IMG/VR virus record: IMGVR_UViG_3300025018_000102
Span: 86,132 to 150,131 of that record
Reading direction: 5' to 3' (one strand)
DNA length: 64,000 bases
DNA from: a virus
Numbering within the stretch: the first letter of the stretch is position 1; every line of letters starts with the position of its first letter. The position numbers and the translations under genes are program-made. The notes under the pieces are model-generated. The model made no database searches and was not told where the DNA came from. It worked only from the letters and a program-made list of their open reading frames with translations. This document shows, piece by piece, positions 26,897 to 35,376 of the stretch.

Positions 26897-29404
26897 TTAT
26901 CCTAACCCATTCTTATGTCCAGTCAATAGGTCTTGTCTAAGAAAAAGCCCTTTCTTCACTCGCTTACCTCTTCGAGTGGACATGTCCCTACCGCTAGTTG
27001 GGGCATACTGAATGAGATCTGCGTCTGGTCGTGCATCCCCTGAAGGGAACAGTTTCTCTGGGCTCTCTGCGAAGATCTTATCCTCCAGCCCAAGGTGCTT
27101 GCCTTCCGCCCTAAACTTGTCAGGGTTCTGCATTGCTTCCGTGGTAGAGGGCATAAACACCCCAATCTTCTGAAGTTCTAGGGCGTCTGCATTGTGAGGA
27201 GAGGACGGGTCTGAGGCGTGCTCCGCGATCCATTTCTTCGCAAACCCGTTGAACAGATCGTTGGGCATTGTCTTGTTGGTAGTGCGGGCATTGAAGTCTG
27301 CGCCGGGAGACTTTCCATGCCAAAAAGCGTCGATCGCACGAGGGTACTCATGGCCCTTGGGGTGTGCCCAGTGCACCCTAAACTTGTCATAGTCCAGGTG
27401 CCCTTCAGTCTGCTGAAGGTGCGTGACGTACTGCATTCGCAGGAATGTTTGTCCCTGCTGCCAATCCTTCATACCGGCGGTGGAGCGTTTGATGTCTCCA
27501 AACGACATTTTGGACATCTTGTCCATCAACGAATCGGGCACCTTGAGTTTGCGTCCCAGAGAGTGCAGGTTGGCGTGAATCATGTTCTTAGGAGCCATCA
27601 TTCCATTGCCGCCAATGCCCGTGTTGTCGATGAACCGGACGTCGTGCTTCTCTGGATCCCACATGACATTGTCCATGTGCTGATCTTGGTGGTTCAGCAC
27701 ATGGGCCATCACCGCTCCTTCAGACAACTTCTCAACAAGCGCATCCTGCTTACTCGGGGGAGTAGATTGGATCATCTGATCCACCGAGTTGCCTGCCTTG
27801 GCTTGAGGGTTTGGCTTGGCCGAGAAGTACGTAGCGGAGCTGTGCATGCCGTCCTGCCAGCTCTGCATAGAGACATTCACCCCTTGGTCCATGCGAGTTG
27901 CGGTGGGAGGAACGTGGTCTGTTAGCCCAAAAGCCATGTGGACATTGTACGCAATCTTCTCGTTGGACGCCCCAGTACCGTGGGGTATGGTTGCATTGCC
28001 TTCAGTAAGGGCGTTTCCAGAAGCCGCCTTCTCGCTGTATACCTGGTTGGGCTTGTATAGTGCTGAGCCGTTGCCTGCAATTGCCACCTTGAAGGTATCC
28101 TGTAGTCCCTTCTGCTCTTCACCAAGCCGGTCCTTAGTGGCAATGACGCCATTGTTGAGGTGGTCGAGGGCAACGTGGTGTGGGTGCTCTTCCTTGTCCC
28201 ATGCGGTAGCGGCCAGCTTAGCCTGGAAGGACTGCTGCTTGGCCGTCTCGGGGTCCGAAGGGGCCACTCCTTGGGCCTTCGCCTTTTGATGCTCCAGGTC
28301 GGCCTGAGAGCCTCGCTTGTGCTGCTTGGAGCCGAGTTTGCCTCCGTAGCGAGCACAGCGCTCGTCACCGCCAAAGATGCAGGGCACCATGTCGGTGCCG
28401 CCATCTCCAGGAGTGTCCCCAGGCTTGGGCGCCGCCGTAGGAGTCTTCTGTCCGGGGGACTTGATGCCTGGAATGGAGGGGGGCTGCTTGGGTGCTGGCG
28501 GGTCTCCAAAGGCTTTCTTCAGATCCATGGCCACGAGGCGGCCTGACTGCCACTCCATGCCCGGAGGCACAGGGACCACGCTGCACGCGCAGGCCGGGTG
28601 GAGCGGGGGAAGTGTAGGCTTCCAGTGCGTGTGGACACCGTTCTTCTTACTGTGGGACACACTGCCATCAGCGTTTGTGCCCGCAGAGATCAGTTCTCGA
28701 AGGGAGTACACCTTGGGATTGCCCTTGGCGTCCAGGTAGTGCCTGGCGCAATCAGGGCACGTGTCCGGATTGGGAACGATGGAAACCTTGGTGTCGATAC
28801 CGTTCAGGTTGGCAAAAGGGCCCACCTTGTTGAGGATTGCTTGGACACTGCCAGCAACCTTGGCGCGATGAAGCTCTGTCCGAGAGATCTTGATCCATCG
28901 AGGGTTGAGGACTGTGCCGAGGCGCTTCGTCATGGAGGCCGCGAGGTCCATGTAGCTCTTCTGATACAGAACGGCGAGAGCTACCTCATCCTGGATAACT
29001 CCCTGCACCGTGGCCTTGTTGAGCGCTTTGCCCTCGGCGACCTGAATGCCCGTGAAGACGCCCTCCGACAAGTCTGACTCGAGCCCGCGGATGTGTGTAG
29101 CTGCCTGCTGTCGAGCGTTGGCAATCGCTAGGCGTTCTGAGGCCGACAGGGACCTGTTTGCCCGCATCAGTTTATCGAGGTCAACGTCCTTCCACTCAGT
29201 CTTCTTCACCAGCAGTTTCATTCGCCCTAAGAGGAACGAGCGCTCAGTAAGCGAGACTTCGCGATCTGGAAGCGCCTTCAACTCCACCACCTCAATAAGT
29301 TCCTCTTTGGAGAGGACCTCGGGGCCAAGTAGAGCTGCGAGAAACCAGTTGAAGCGAACTCGAATACGAGCGCGAAGACGTGCTAGTGCATTAGGCTTGA
29401 GCAA
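26897..29404 (-). CDS. MuF (SPP1 gp7-like) head morphogenesis protein fused to HipA/PI3-4K-like kinase domain
   Basis: MuF: 'ISRTELHRA', 'TCPDC', 'PPLHPACAC'; kinase: 'ALYKP', 'NEKIAY...VPPTATR', 'DQHMDN', 'FIDN'. Confidence 0.78.
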   Translation of the reverse strand: MLKPNALARLRARIRVRFNWFLAALLGPEVLSKEELIEVVELKALPDREVSLTERSFLLGRMKLLVKKTEWKDVDLDKLMRANRSLSASERLAIANARQQAATHIRGLESDLSEGVFTGIQVAEGKALNKATVQGVIQDEVALAVLYQKSYMDLAASMTKRLGTVLNPRWIKISRTELHRAKVAGSVQAILNKVGPFANLNGIDTKVSIVPNPDTCPDCARHYLDAKGNPKVYSLRELISAGTNADGSVSHSKKNGVHTHWKPTLPPLHPACACSVVPVPPGMEWQSGRLVAMDLKKAFGDPPAPKQPPSIPGIKSPGQKTPTAAPKPGDTPGDGGTDMVPCIFGGDERCARYGGKLGSKQHKRGSQADLEHQKAKAQGVAPSDPETAKQQSFQAKLAATAWDKEEHPHHVALDHLNNGVIATKDRLGEEQKGLQDTFKVAIAGNGSALYKPNQVYSEKAASGNALTEGNATIPHGTGASNEKIAYNVHMAFGLTDHVPPTATRMDQGVNVSMQSWQDGMHSSATYFSAKPNPQAKAGNSVDQMIQSTPPSKQDALVEKLSEGAVMAHVLNHQDQHMDNVMWDPEKHDVRFIDNTGIGGNGMMAPKNMIHANLHSLGRKLKVPDSLMDKMSKMSFGDIKRSTAGMKDWQQGQTFLRMQYVTHLQQTEGHLDYDKFRVHWAHPKGHEYPRAIDAFWHGKSPGADFNARTTNKTMPNDLFNGFAKKWIAEHASDPSSPHNADALELQKIGVFMPSTTEAMQNPDKFRAEGKHLGLEDKIFAESPEKLFPSGDARPDADLIQYAPTSGRDMSTRRGKRVKKGLFLRQDLLTGHKNGLG

Positions 29405-29416
29405 GGTGTACTCACC

Positions 29417-29806
29417 TTACCTCTTCTTGTTCAAAGCTGCAAGAAGCGCCTTACCTGATTCTTCCACGTTAGTTCGAAGAGACTTGGAGACCTCGTTGGA
29501 CTTGGAGACCGCTGCTGCCTGATCCGTCTTGGAGAGGAATGCCTTGACGACGGCCTCTGCATCTTCAAGTTTTCGCTTCGGGACCGAGGGGAGCGCCTTC
29601 GCGATGGCGGGCCGTGCGTCGCCAATAACGAGCGTAGGGCCCGCATCCGGAGGATGGAGTGCGCTTGCGCCGTGGCGGGTGTGGGGAGTCCCATCGGCAT
29701 CTCGTTGGGCTTTCCAGCGATTCGCAGGGACCTTCACAGGCTCATGAAGTTCGTGAGTGAATAGGCCCTGAATGTTCATGGGCTTGCGTGTTGTCCAGTT
29801 ATCCAT
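29417..29806 (-). CDS. Hypothetical protein (probable internal head protein)
   Basis: Several xxK(S/A) motifs; ATG at 29806. Confidence 0.6.
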   Translation of the reverse strand: MDNWTTRKPMNIQGLFTHELHEPVKVPANRWKAQRDADGTPHTRHGASALHPPDAGPTLVIGDARPAIAKALPSVPKRKLEDAEAVVKAFLSKTDQAAAVSKSNEVSKSLRTNVEESGKALLAALNKKR

Positions 29807-30005
29807 TTGGTTCACCTAGTATTTCTTTGACGTCTAGTGAGATGTCCGAAAGGAGTTCATCAAACAACGAGTCCATTCCGTCCATGAGTTCTTTCTCAGC
29901 GGGGTTGCTCGCCTTGTAGGGCTTCAGCATCTTTCGAGCTGCTTTGGCGACACCCTTCGAGATAGCCTCGAGTTGAGTGGCGCTGAGGTTTGTGTTGATC
30001 TTCAC
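29799..30005 (-). CDS. Small hypothetical protein
   Basis: GTG at 30005 overlapping upstream stop (MKINTNLSATQLEAISKG...). Confidence 0.55.
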   Translation of the reverse strand: MKINTNLSATQLEAISKGVAKAARKMLKPYKASNPAEKELMDGMDSLFDELLSDISLDVKEILGEPNG

Positions 30006-30481
30006 TATCGGCCGTGGTTTGAGAGACGGTACTCGTCTTCCGCCGATAGGTGGTCCGCAACTGCAAAAGCGAGCATCATTTGCTCCTCGGCTGAGATGCC
30101 GAGTTGCACGTTGCGGAAGGAAGCCGCGGTTGCAGGGTCCAGGTAGCAGAACACTCCAGGGAACACGCACGAAAGGGCGACCTCTTCGGCGGTGTTGAGT
30201 TGGATGCCGTCTCGAACCTTTACGATGGCGATCTTGATCTGCCCCACCGCGTAGTCGATGGCCAGGGAGCCATCAGGGTTGCGTCGGAACATTCGGTTAC
30301 CCGATGCCCGATTCGCGGGTGCGCGGTACATACTGCCCCTCGGGGCTTCCATGATGTACTCAGTTGGACGTGAGTAGTCTGTCATGTCGTGACGCCGCGA
30401 GGCGCCCGGCATACTCTTCACTAGTTCATCGTTGGCCGCAATGAAGCGGACGGGGACTTTGGGGAGTAGGTTTGTAGTCAT
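30005..30481 (-). CDS. Hypothetical protein
   Basis: 158 aa, ATGA overlap. Confidence 0.6.
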   Translation of the reverse strand: MTTNLLPKVPVRFIAANDELVKSMPGASRRHDMTDYSRPTEYIMEAPRGSMYRAPANRASGNRMFRRNPDGSLAIDYAVGQIKIAIVKVRDGIQLNTAEEVALSCVFPGVFCYLDPATAASFRNVQLGISAEEQMMLAFAVADHLSAEDEYRLSNHGR

Positions 30482-30942
30482 AGATCAATCTGCCAAATGA
30501 AGAGTGGGGTGCCTGCTGGTAGGGACTTTTTGACGCCTTCGTCGTTCTTGTCCTTTTTGTCTTTAGGGTTGTTCTTGGGCTCAGTCTTCTTGTCGACCTT
30601 GTTCTTGTCCTTCTTAGTGGACACAAACAGGTTTCCCGTCTCGACCTTTCCTGGAGTCTGTCCCTGTTTCTCCTTAGAGTTCTGCTTTTCGTCTGAGAGC
30701 TTGTTCTTCAGATCCTCGCCCTTGCCGGCGTTCCTCTGGCCGCGCTCCTGGAGGTATTTGTCTCGGGCGTCGAAGGACTCAAAGTACTTGTATCGGGGAC
30801 TACCGTCTTTCTCGTACCCCACCTGCAGGCGTGCGGCGTACTTGCCTCCACGAGTCTCTCCCTGCTCGTTGGTCTGTGTGGGACCATCTTTTGCCCGCGT
30901 CGACTCGGCCTTACATAGGCTGTCCGGTAGGATGAGGTTCAT
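30478..30942 (-). CDS. Lys-rich hypothetical protein with GGKY..R...G..RYKY motif
   Basis: ATG at 30942 just after upstream stop (MNLILPDSLCKA...). Confidence 0.6.
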   Translation of the reverse strand: MNLILPDSLCKAESTRAKDGPTQTNEQGETRGGKYAARLQVGYEKDGSPRYKYFESFDARDKYLQERGQRNAGKGEDLKNKLSDEKQNSKEKQGQTPGKVETGNLFVSTKKDKNKVDKKTEPKNNPKDKKDKNDEGVKKSLPAGTPLFIWQIDL

Positions 30943-30943
30943 A

Positions 30944-31762
30944 CTAGTCTTCGATTGCGGAGAGCTTGGTAGGAGCTGTTCGAGTGGTGTACTCGCATCG
31001 AGGGCACTCAGCCAAACTCTTGTGCATCGTTCCACAAGCTCCGCAGGACTTGTAGGTCACTCCGGTGCCTCGTGGGTCGGATGACCTGAGGGGCTGGGCG
31101 GCTATTGAGCGCACAGGAACCACTGGAGGCTCACCAGCGTTGCGGGTACGGACGGTGCCGATTCTGCTGTTCTCCATGTCCACGGCCGCGAGTGACCTGT
31201 GCTCGCTGAGGGCTACTCGCGGCACATGCATGCTTGTGAGAGCCTTCTCCACCTTTTCTTCCGGTGCCGCAGTCTCTTTCTTAGAGGAAAGTCCCTTGAC
31301 AATGGAAGTGACGCCATCAAGTACATTGATAGCTTCCTTTAGATTCTTGTTCATAGATTCCTCACTAGAGATTACCTTGATTTTAGCACTTATAGGGTTG
31401 ACCATCAATGCCTTTATGATTTGGCCTGGATTAGCCTCGAGTTGATGCAGGAAAGAAGTTATGTGAACAGCCCTTATGCACCCCAGCCTTCGAGGGTCAT
31501 CGTCGTATTGGGCCAGGTACTCGTCCCGAACCTGCTGCTCGTCTTGGAAGTACACAAAGCACTTTTGCTCGTCAAACTCAGTGAAATCCGGGCCCGTCAT
31601 CTGGTCCACCACGAACACGAGGGGTGAGTCGTAGTGGGTTCCCACGTACACATCCACCTCATCCCCGTCAGATCCTAGGGTGTTCTTGATGTACCCGTAG
31701 TCTATCCGCTTGTAGTATCCACGGCGCTTGGTGCCCGCCTTCGCTTCGATAACTAGGTCCAT
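30944..31762 (-). CDS. Inorganic pyrophosphatase-like (InPase) domain protein with C-terminal Zn ribbon
   Basis: 'DYGYIKNTLGSDGDEVDVYVG...VVDQ...FDEQK' and 'CGAC...CPRC'. Confidence 0.7.
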   Translation of the reverse strand: MDLVIEAKAGTKRRGYYKRIDYGYIKNTLGSDGDEVDVYVGTHYDSPLVFVVDQMTGPDFTEFDEQKCFVYFQDEQQVRDEYLAQYDDDPRRLGCIRAVHITSFLHQLEANPGQIIKALMVNPISAKIKVISSEESMNKNLKEAINVLDGVTSIVKGLSSKKETAAPEEKVEKALTSMHVPRVALSEHRSLAAVDMENSRIGTVRTRNAGEPPVVPVRSIAAQPLRSSDPRGTGVTYKSCGACGTMHKSLAECPRCEYTTRTAPTKLSAIED

Positions 31763-31763
31763 G

Positions 31764-34745
31764 CTATTGACGCCACACATCTAGCCAGGTGTCGTAGTCG
31801 TCCAACTGGATCTCTAGGATTTGAGGGGCCCTGACCATGGATTTCACGAACTGAGAGGCGTAGTCTGGAATGCCCTCGTCCTGGTCCTGGGTGCCGTCAC
31901 CGTCGGCGTCCCCCTGCTCCTGGGAAGGCGCTGAGTCGGCTTGGGCAGCCTGCTGCATCTGTTGCTCAGCCTGCTCCATCTGCTGAGTGACCTGCATAGC
32001 CTGGATGTAGGTAGGATTGAGCACAAGGTCGCCGTGCTCAACATCAGGCAGATCTTCGGCGCGTCGAATCTCATTGAGGGTCTTGTAGGACGCCAGTTGC
32101 TCTTTGTGCAACTCGTGCTTCTCCTGCTCGGTAAGTTCGTCTAGCCCAACAAACTCGAAGATGAAGTTGTCATCCATCCGAGAGACGATGTTGTCGTTGA
32201 AAAACTTGCTGAAGAACCGGAGAAGCGGCTTGAGCCCGCGGTCGCGAGACGCCTTGAGCTTCCATTCGCTCGAAGACTCAAATAGTGGAGTTTGCTGCAC
32301 ACCACCGGCTAGGTCAAAGTTCAGTTCTGCGGGGTCGCAGAGGAAGACACCAGTGATCAGCTTGACTAGGTACTCCACCCATTGGCCGTACTCCATGTCC
32401 CGGTTTGACGGGTTCATGTTGATCCAGTCGATGCCTGCCTCAGACTGAATCATGGGCGTCTTGAAGGCGTTGGCAGTGCCTGCGACGTTGGCTTCCCACT
32501 CCCGCTTGAAGCCCTCGAACATGTCGGTGTCCATGGAGTCACCCTTGATAGCAAGGATGCCCTTTGGCATCGAATTCGAGACGATACAAGGCCCTGTAGA
32601 CCACCTGTGCTTGTGGTGCGCCTGCACAACATCATAGGTAGGGATTTCAATGCCCGTATCTACGATCTTAGTGATCTTAGTCCAACTATACTTTAGTGCC
32701 TCTAGGTTCGCGTTGTGGCGCTTCTCGGCGGCCTTTAGTTTTGAGTATGAGAAATACTTTAGAGTGCAGGGCTTGCCTAGCAACTTCTCATACAGTGCCA
32801 TTTGAAGTGGCCTAGGAATAGACTCTCTCTCTCGGGTGTAGCCTTTGGGAAACACTTGCCTTTTGTAGTCAAGAATGAACCCTACTTGCTCCGCAAACTC
32901 CAAATGGTCAGATACTCTTACGTAGTGGCACTGCCTTCCTGAACTGTTGTTTAGGGTATGGCTGTAGGTACTGCGAATGCCCAATGTCCACAATACCTGC
33001 TGTACCCCCTCAACCAGTTCTTTGCTAGAGGAACAGAAGTGTGCTTGGAATTTGTTCTTGATGAACCCGTCGGCGCTAAACAGTCCGCGCAGAAATGCAG
33101 CCCTGTTTTCCTTAGACTCCTTAAATACTCTTGTGGGAACGGTCTTTTCATGGGACTTGCTCTCACTCATACCCACTACGTCTCGAAGGAACTCAAAGAG
33201 TCCTTTGTTCCTAATCTGTAGGGTGTGTACGACACTCGTGCCCCAATGTGCATCGCTCTTAGAGTAATCCGTTTCGCACTCATTGAAGTTTATGTCTCTT
33301 CGTGTGAGCATTTCCCTAAATCTAGCGCGGGCATCAGCATCTTTAGGCCCAAAGCAGCATTGTACTGTGTACGATCTGCAATCAAACTTAGAGTTCAAAC
33401 TAGCATGGTTATTGGAGATAAATCCGTCGCCCACCAGCCATCCGATGAACTCGTAGAACTCTGCGTCCAAGTCACCAACAGTCCTTACTGGGCACTTGTT
33501 ATGAGTACCCACCTCGACCTGCACAGGCGCTAACGGGGCGAACTCCTCGGCCGTCTTTGACTGCGCTACATAGTCTCCAACCTTCAAGTCCTCGATGGGT
33601 ACCATCACGCAGTCACCCTCCGAATTGAAGGTAAGGAACTTGTGATCGGGTGAGGTCGTAATCTCGTTAAGGCCATTTAGGGTAGTAACTACCGCGGTCC
33701 TATGGCCGGACGAGACTGCTGTGGAGTCCACGAACTCCTCGCCGTTCCATGACTTGAAGGTTTTACCGACTAGATCCTTGATCTCCGTCATACCCTCTTC
33801 CGTGTGCACAAGGGTATGCCCTGCTACGCAGGCGTTCATGAAGAAGCGGCGGTTGTATTCCTCCGCGTAAAGATGGGCAGTGATGATTGTGATCAGTTGC
33901 TCGATCTCGCTGTGGCCGTAACCCTGCACGTAAATGTCAGTTCGGGGGTTACGGACTCCGAATGCCATCTCTTCACGAGTGAAAGCCCGGAACAACTGCC
34001 CGTTGATGACCTGGACGTAAGAGGGGTTCTTGTTCGCTGGGTCGTTCTGGGCGGCGTGAATGCGGGCGTACGGGTTGCTGGAGTGCACAAATCCGCGGTC
34101 TGCGTAGCCCCACGGGTCGTCGTCGTACGTGGCTGGAGGCTTAGCAGCCATGCGGATCGTTGCGGCGTCGACTGCCTTGAACTCGTAAGGAAGCCCCCGC
34201 CGGTCGTTCACGATCTCTACGCACACCTGGTCGAAGGTAAGGCTGTCCCGGACGAGCTTCCTGATGAGGGTCTCGAAGTCGTCCCGGACGTACTCTCCCT
34301 TGTTGTGAGGGTTTGGCTTCTCCGCGCCGCAGTTGTACATGAAGGCTTCCATGCTGCGGATCATCTCCCGCTCACCCTTAGTGGTGACCTTGGCGGGGTT
34401 CTTGTGCTTGATCACAAAGCCCAGACTGCCCGACAAGCGAAACGGCTGGGCAAAAGATGCGATCTGTGCCGTACGGGTGTTGATGATCGAACTGAGCAGC
34501 GACAAGTTCTGCACAACGTGTCGGGCCATGTCGTACGAGATACTGTGACGACGGTCCTTGTATCCCATGCTGTACTGGATGGCCAGAGGGTCCTCTTGGA
34601 GGGCCTTGAAGTCCATCTTGGGCGAAGCAGGCTTGTAGTTGCCCTTGACGATATCCTCTCGTACGAGCGCCGGGATTGACCTCGTAGCGTCACGCCACTT
34701 ATGTACCTGATCGATATCCTCTGCAGTTACTTTGATGTCTACCAT
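31764..34745 (-). CDS. Portal protein containing an intein
   Basis: 'GYGHSEIE', 'RRFF..|.MPKGIL', 'DMEY', 'DPAELN', 'GLKPLL', 'TLNEIR' portal motifs. Confidence 0.88.
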   Translation of the reverse strand: MVDIKVTAEDIDQVHKWRDATRSIPALVREDIVKGNYKPASPKMDFKALQEDPLAIQYSMGYKDRRHSISYDMARHVVQNLSLLSSIINTRTAQIASFAQPFRLSGSLGFVIKHKNPAKVTTKGEREMIRSMEAFMYNCGAEKPNPHNKGEYVRDDFETLIRKLVRDSLTFDQVCVEIVNDRRGLPYEFKAVDAATIRMAAKPPATYDDDPWGYADRGFVHSSNPYARIHAAQNDPANKNPSYVQVINGQLFRAFTREEMAFGVRNPRTDIYVQGYGHSEIEQLITIITAHLYAEEYNRRFFMNACVAGHTLVHTEEGMTEIKDLVGKTFKSWNGEEFVDSTAVSSGHRTAVVTTLNGLNEITTSPDHKFLTFNSEGDCVMVPIEDLKVGDYVAQSKTAEEFAPLAPVQVEVGTHNKCPVRTVGDLDAEFYEFIGWLVGDGFISNNHASLNSKFDCRSYTVQCCFGPKDADARARFREMLTRRDINFNECETDYSKSDAHWGTSVVHTLQIRNKGLFEFLRDVVGMSESKSHEKTVPTRVFKESKENRAAFLRGLFSADGFIKNKFQAHFCSSSKELVEGVQQVLWTLGIRSTYSHTLNNSSGRQCHYVRVSDHLEFAEQVGFILDYKRQVFPKGYTRERESIPRPLQMALYEKLLGKPCTLKYFSYSKLKAAEKRHNANLEALKYSWTKITKIVDTGIEIPTYDVVQAHHKHRWSTGPCIVSNSMPKGILAIKGDSMDTDMFEGFKREWEANVAGTANAFKTPMIQSEAGIDWINMNPSNRDMEYGQWVEYLVKLITGVFLCDPAELNFDLAGGVQQTPLFESSSEWKLKASRDRGLKPLLRFFSKFFNDNIVSRMDDNFIFEFVGLDELTEQEKHELHKEQLASYKTLNEIRRAEDLPDVEHGDLVLNPTYIQAMQVTQQMEQAEQQMQQAAQADSAPSQEQGDADGDGTQDQDEGIPDYASQFVKSMVRAPQILEIQLDDYDTWLDVWRQ
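32574..33830 (-). mobile_element. Intein (419 aa) with LAGLIDADG homing endonuclease
   Basis: N-junction NA|CVAGHTLV, block B 'TSPDHKF', 'FIGWLVGDG' and 'FLRGLFSADG', C-junction IVSN|S; more AT-rich than flanks. Confidence 0.88.
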
Positions 34746-34746
34746 G

Positions 34747-35376
34747 CTATCTTCCTAGGATATCTCGAGGGTCAAGGACGAGGCGAGAGCACAGCCAAGA
34801 GTTGAACTCGCTCCGGAGGGTGGAGTTTATCCGAAGAGAAGGACTATGTATATCCTTCATTGTGAAGCCTTTGGACAAGAGGAACTCCTCCTCAAGAGGG
34901 TCGGCCTTACGGATGTACTTGTCCATGCTTCCGCAAAACGACTTGAGAATGTTGGAGGCCTCAGACTTCTCCATCTCCTCAAGTTTGTCGTAGTACTTTG
35001 GGTCTTCTTTGAGGTGCGAGTGGGCGATCTTACCTATGACGCCCGCCTCCTTAGACACGTCGGAGTGCTCGCGTTCGGCGTTCATGCCCTGTGTGAACGC
35101 ACTGAGGTCAAAGGAGGTCGAGTTGAAATCGATACCAAGGCTCTCAGCGGCGCGAGCGGCCTCCTCGGACGTGAAGCCACCGTCAAAAGGCTGGGCCTTC
35201 TTCACTGGCTTGCTGTCATCCTGGTTGTCCACTGCCTCTCCTGGGGCTTCCCCAATAGGGTCCTTCTCAAAAGAGGTCTCGTAGGCTTGGATGGCCTGCT
35301 TCTCGTCAGGAGTCTCCTTTGCCCCAGAGGACTGTCCGAGAGCTTTGCTTATGGTGTTATCGAGATACAACTTCAT
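34747..35376 (-). CDS. DUF5661-like domain protein
   Basis: 'GMNAEREH...KIAHSHLKEDPKYYDKLEEME'. Confidence 0.65.
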   Translation of the reverse strand: MKLYLDNTISKALGQSSGAKETPDEKQAIQAYETSFEKDPIGEAPGEAVDNQDDSKPVKKAQPFDGGFTSEEAARAAESLGIDFNSTSFDLSAFTQGMNAEREHSDVSKEAGVIGKIAHSHLKEDPKYYDKLEEMEKSEASNILKSFCGSMDKYIRKADPLEEEFLLSKGFTMKDIHSPSLRINSTLRSEFNSWLCSRLVLDPRDILGR

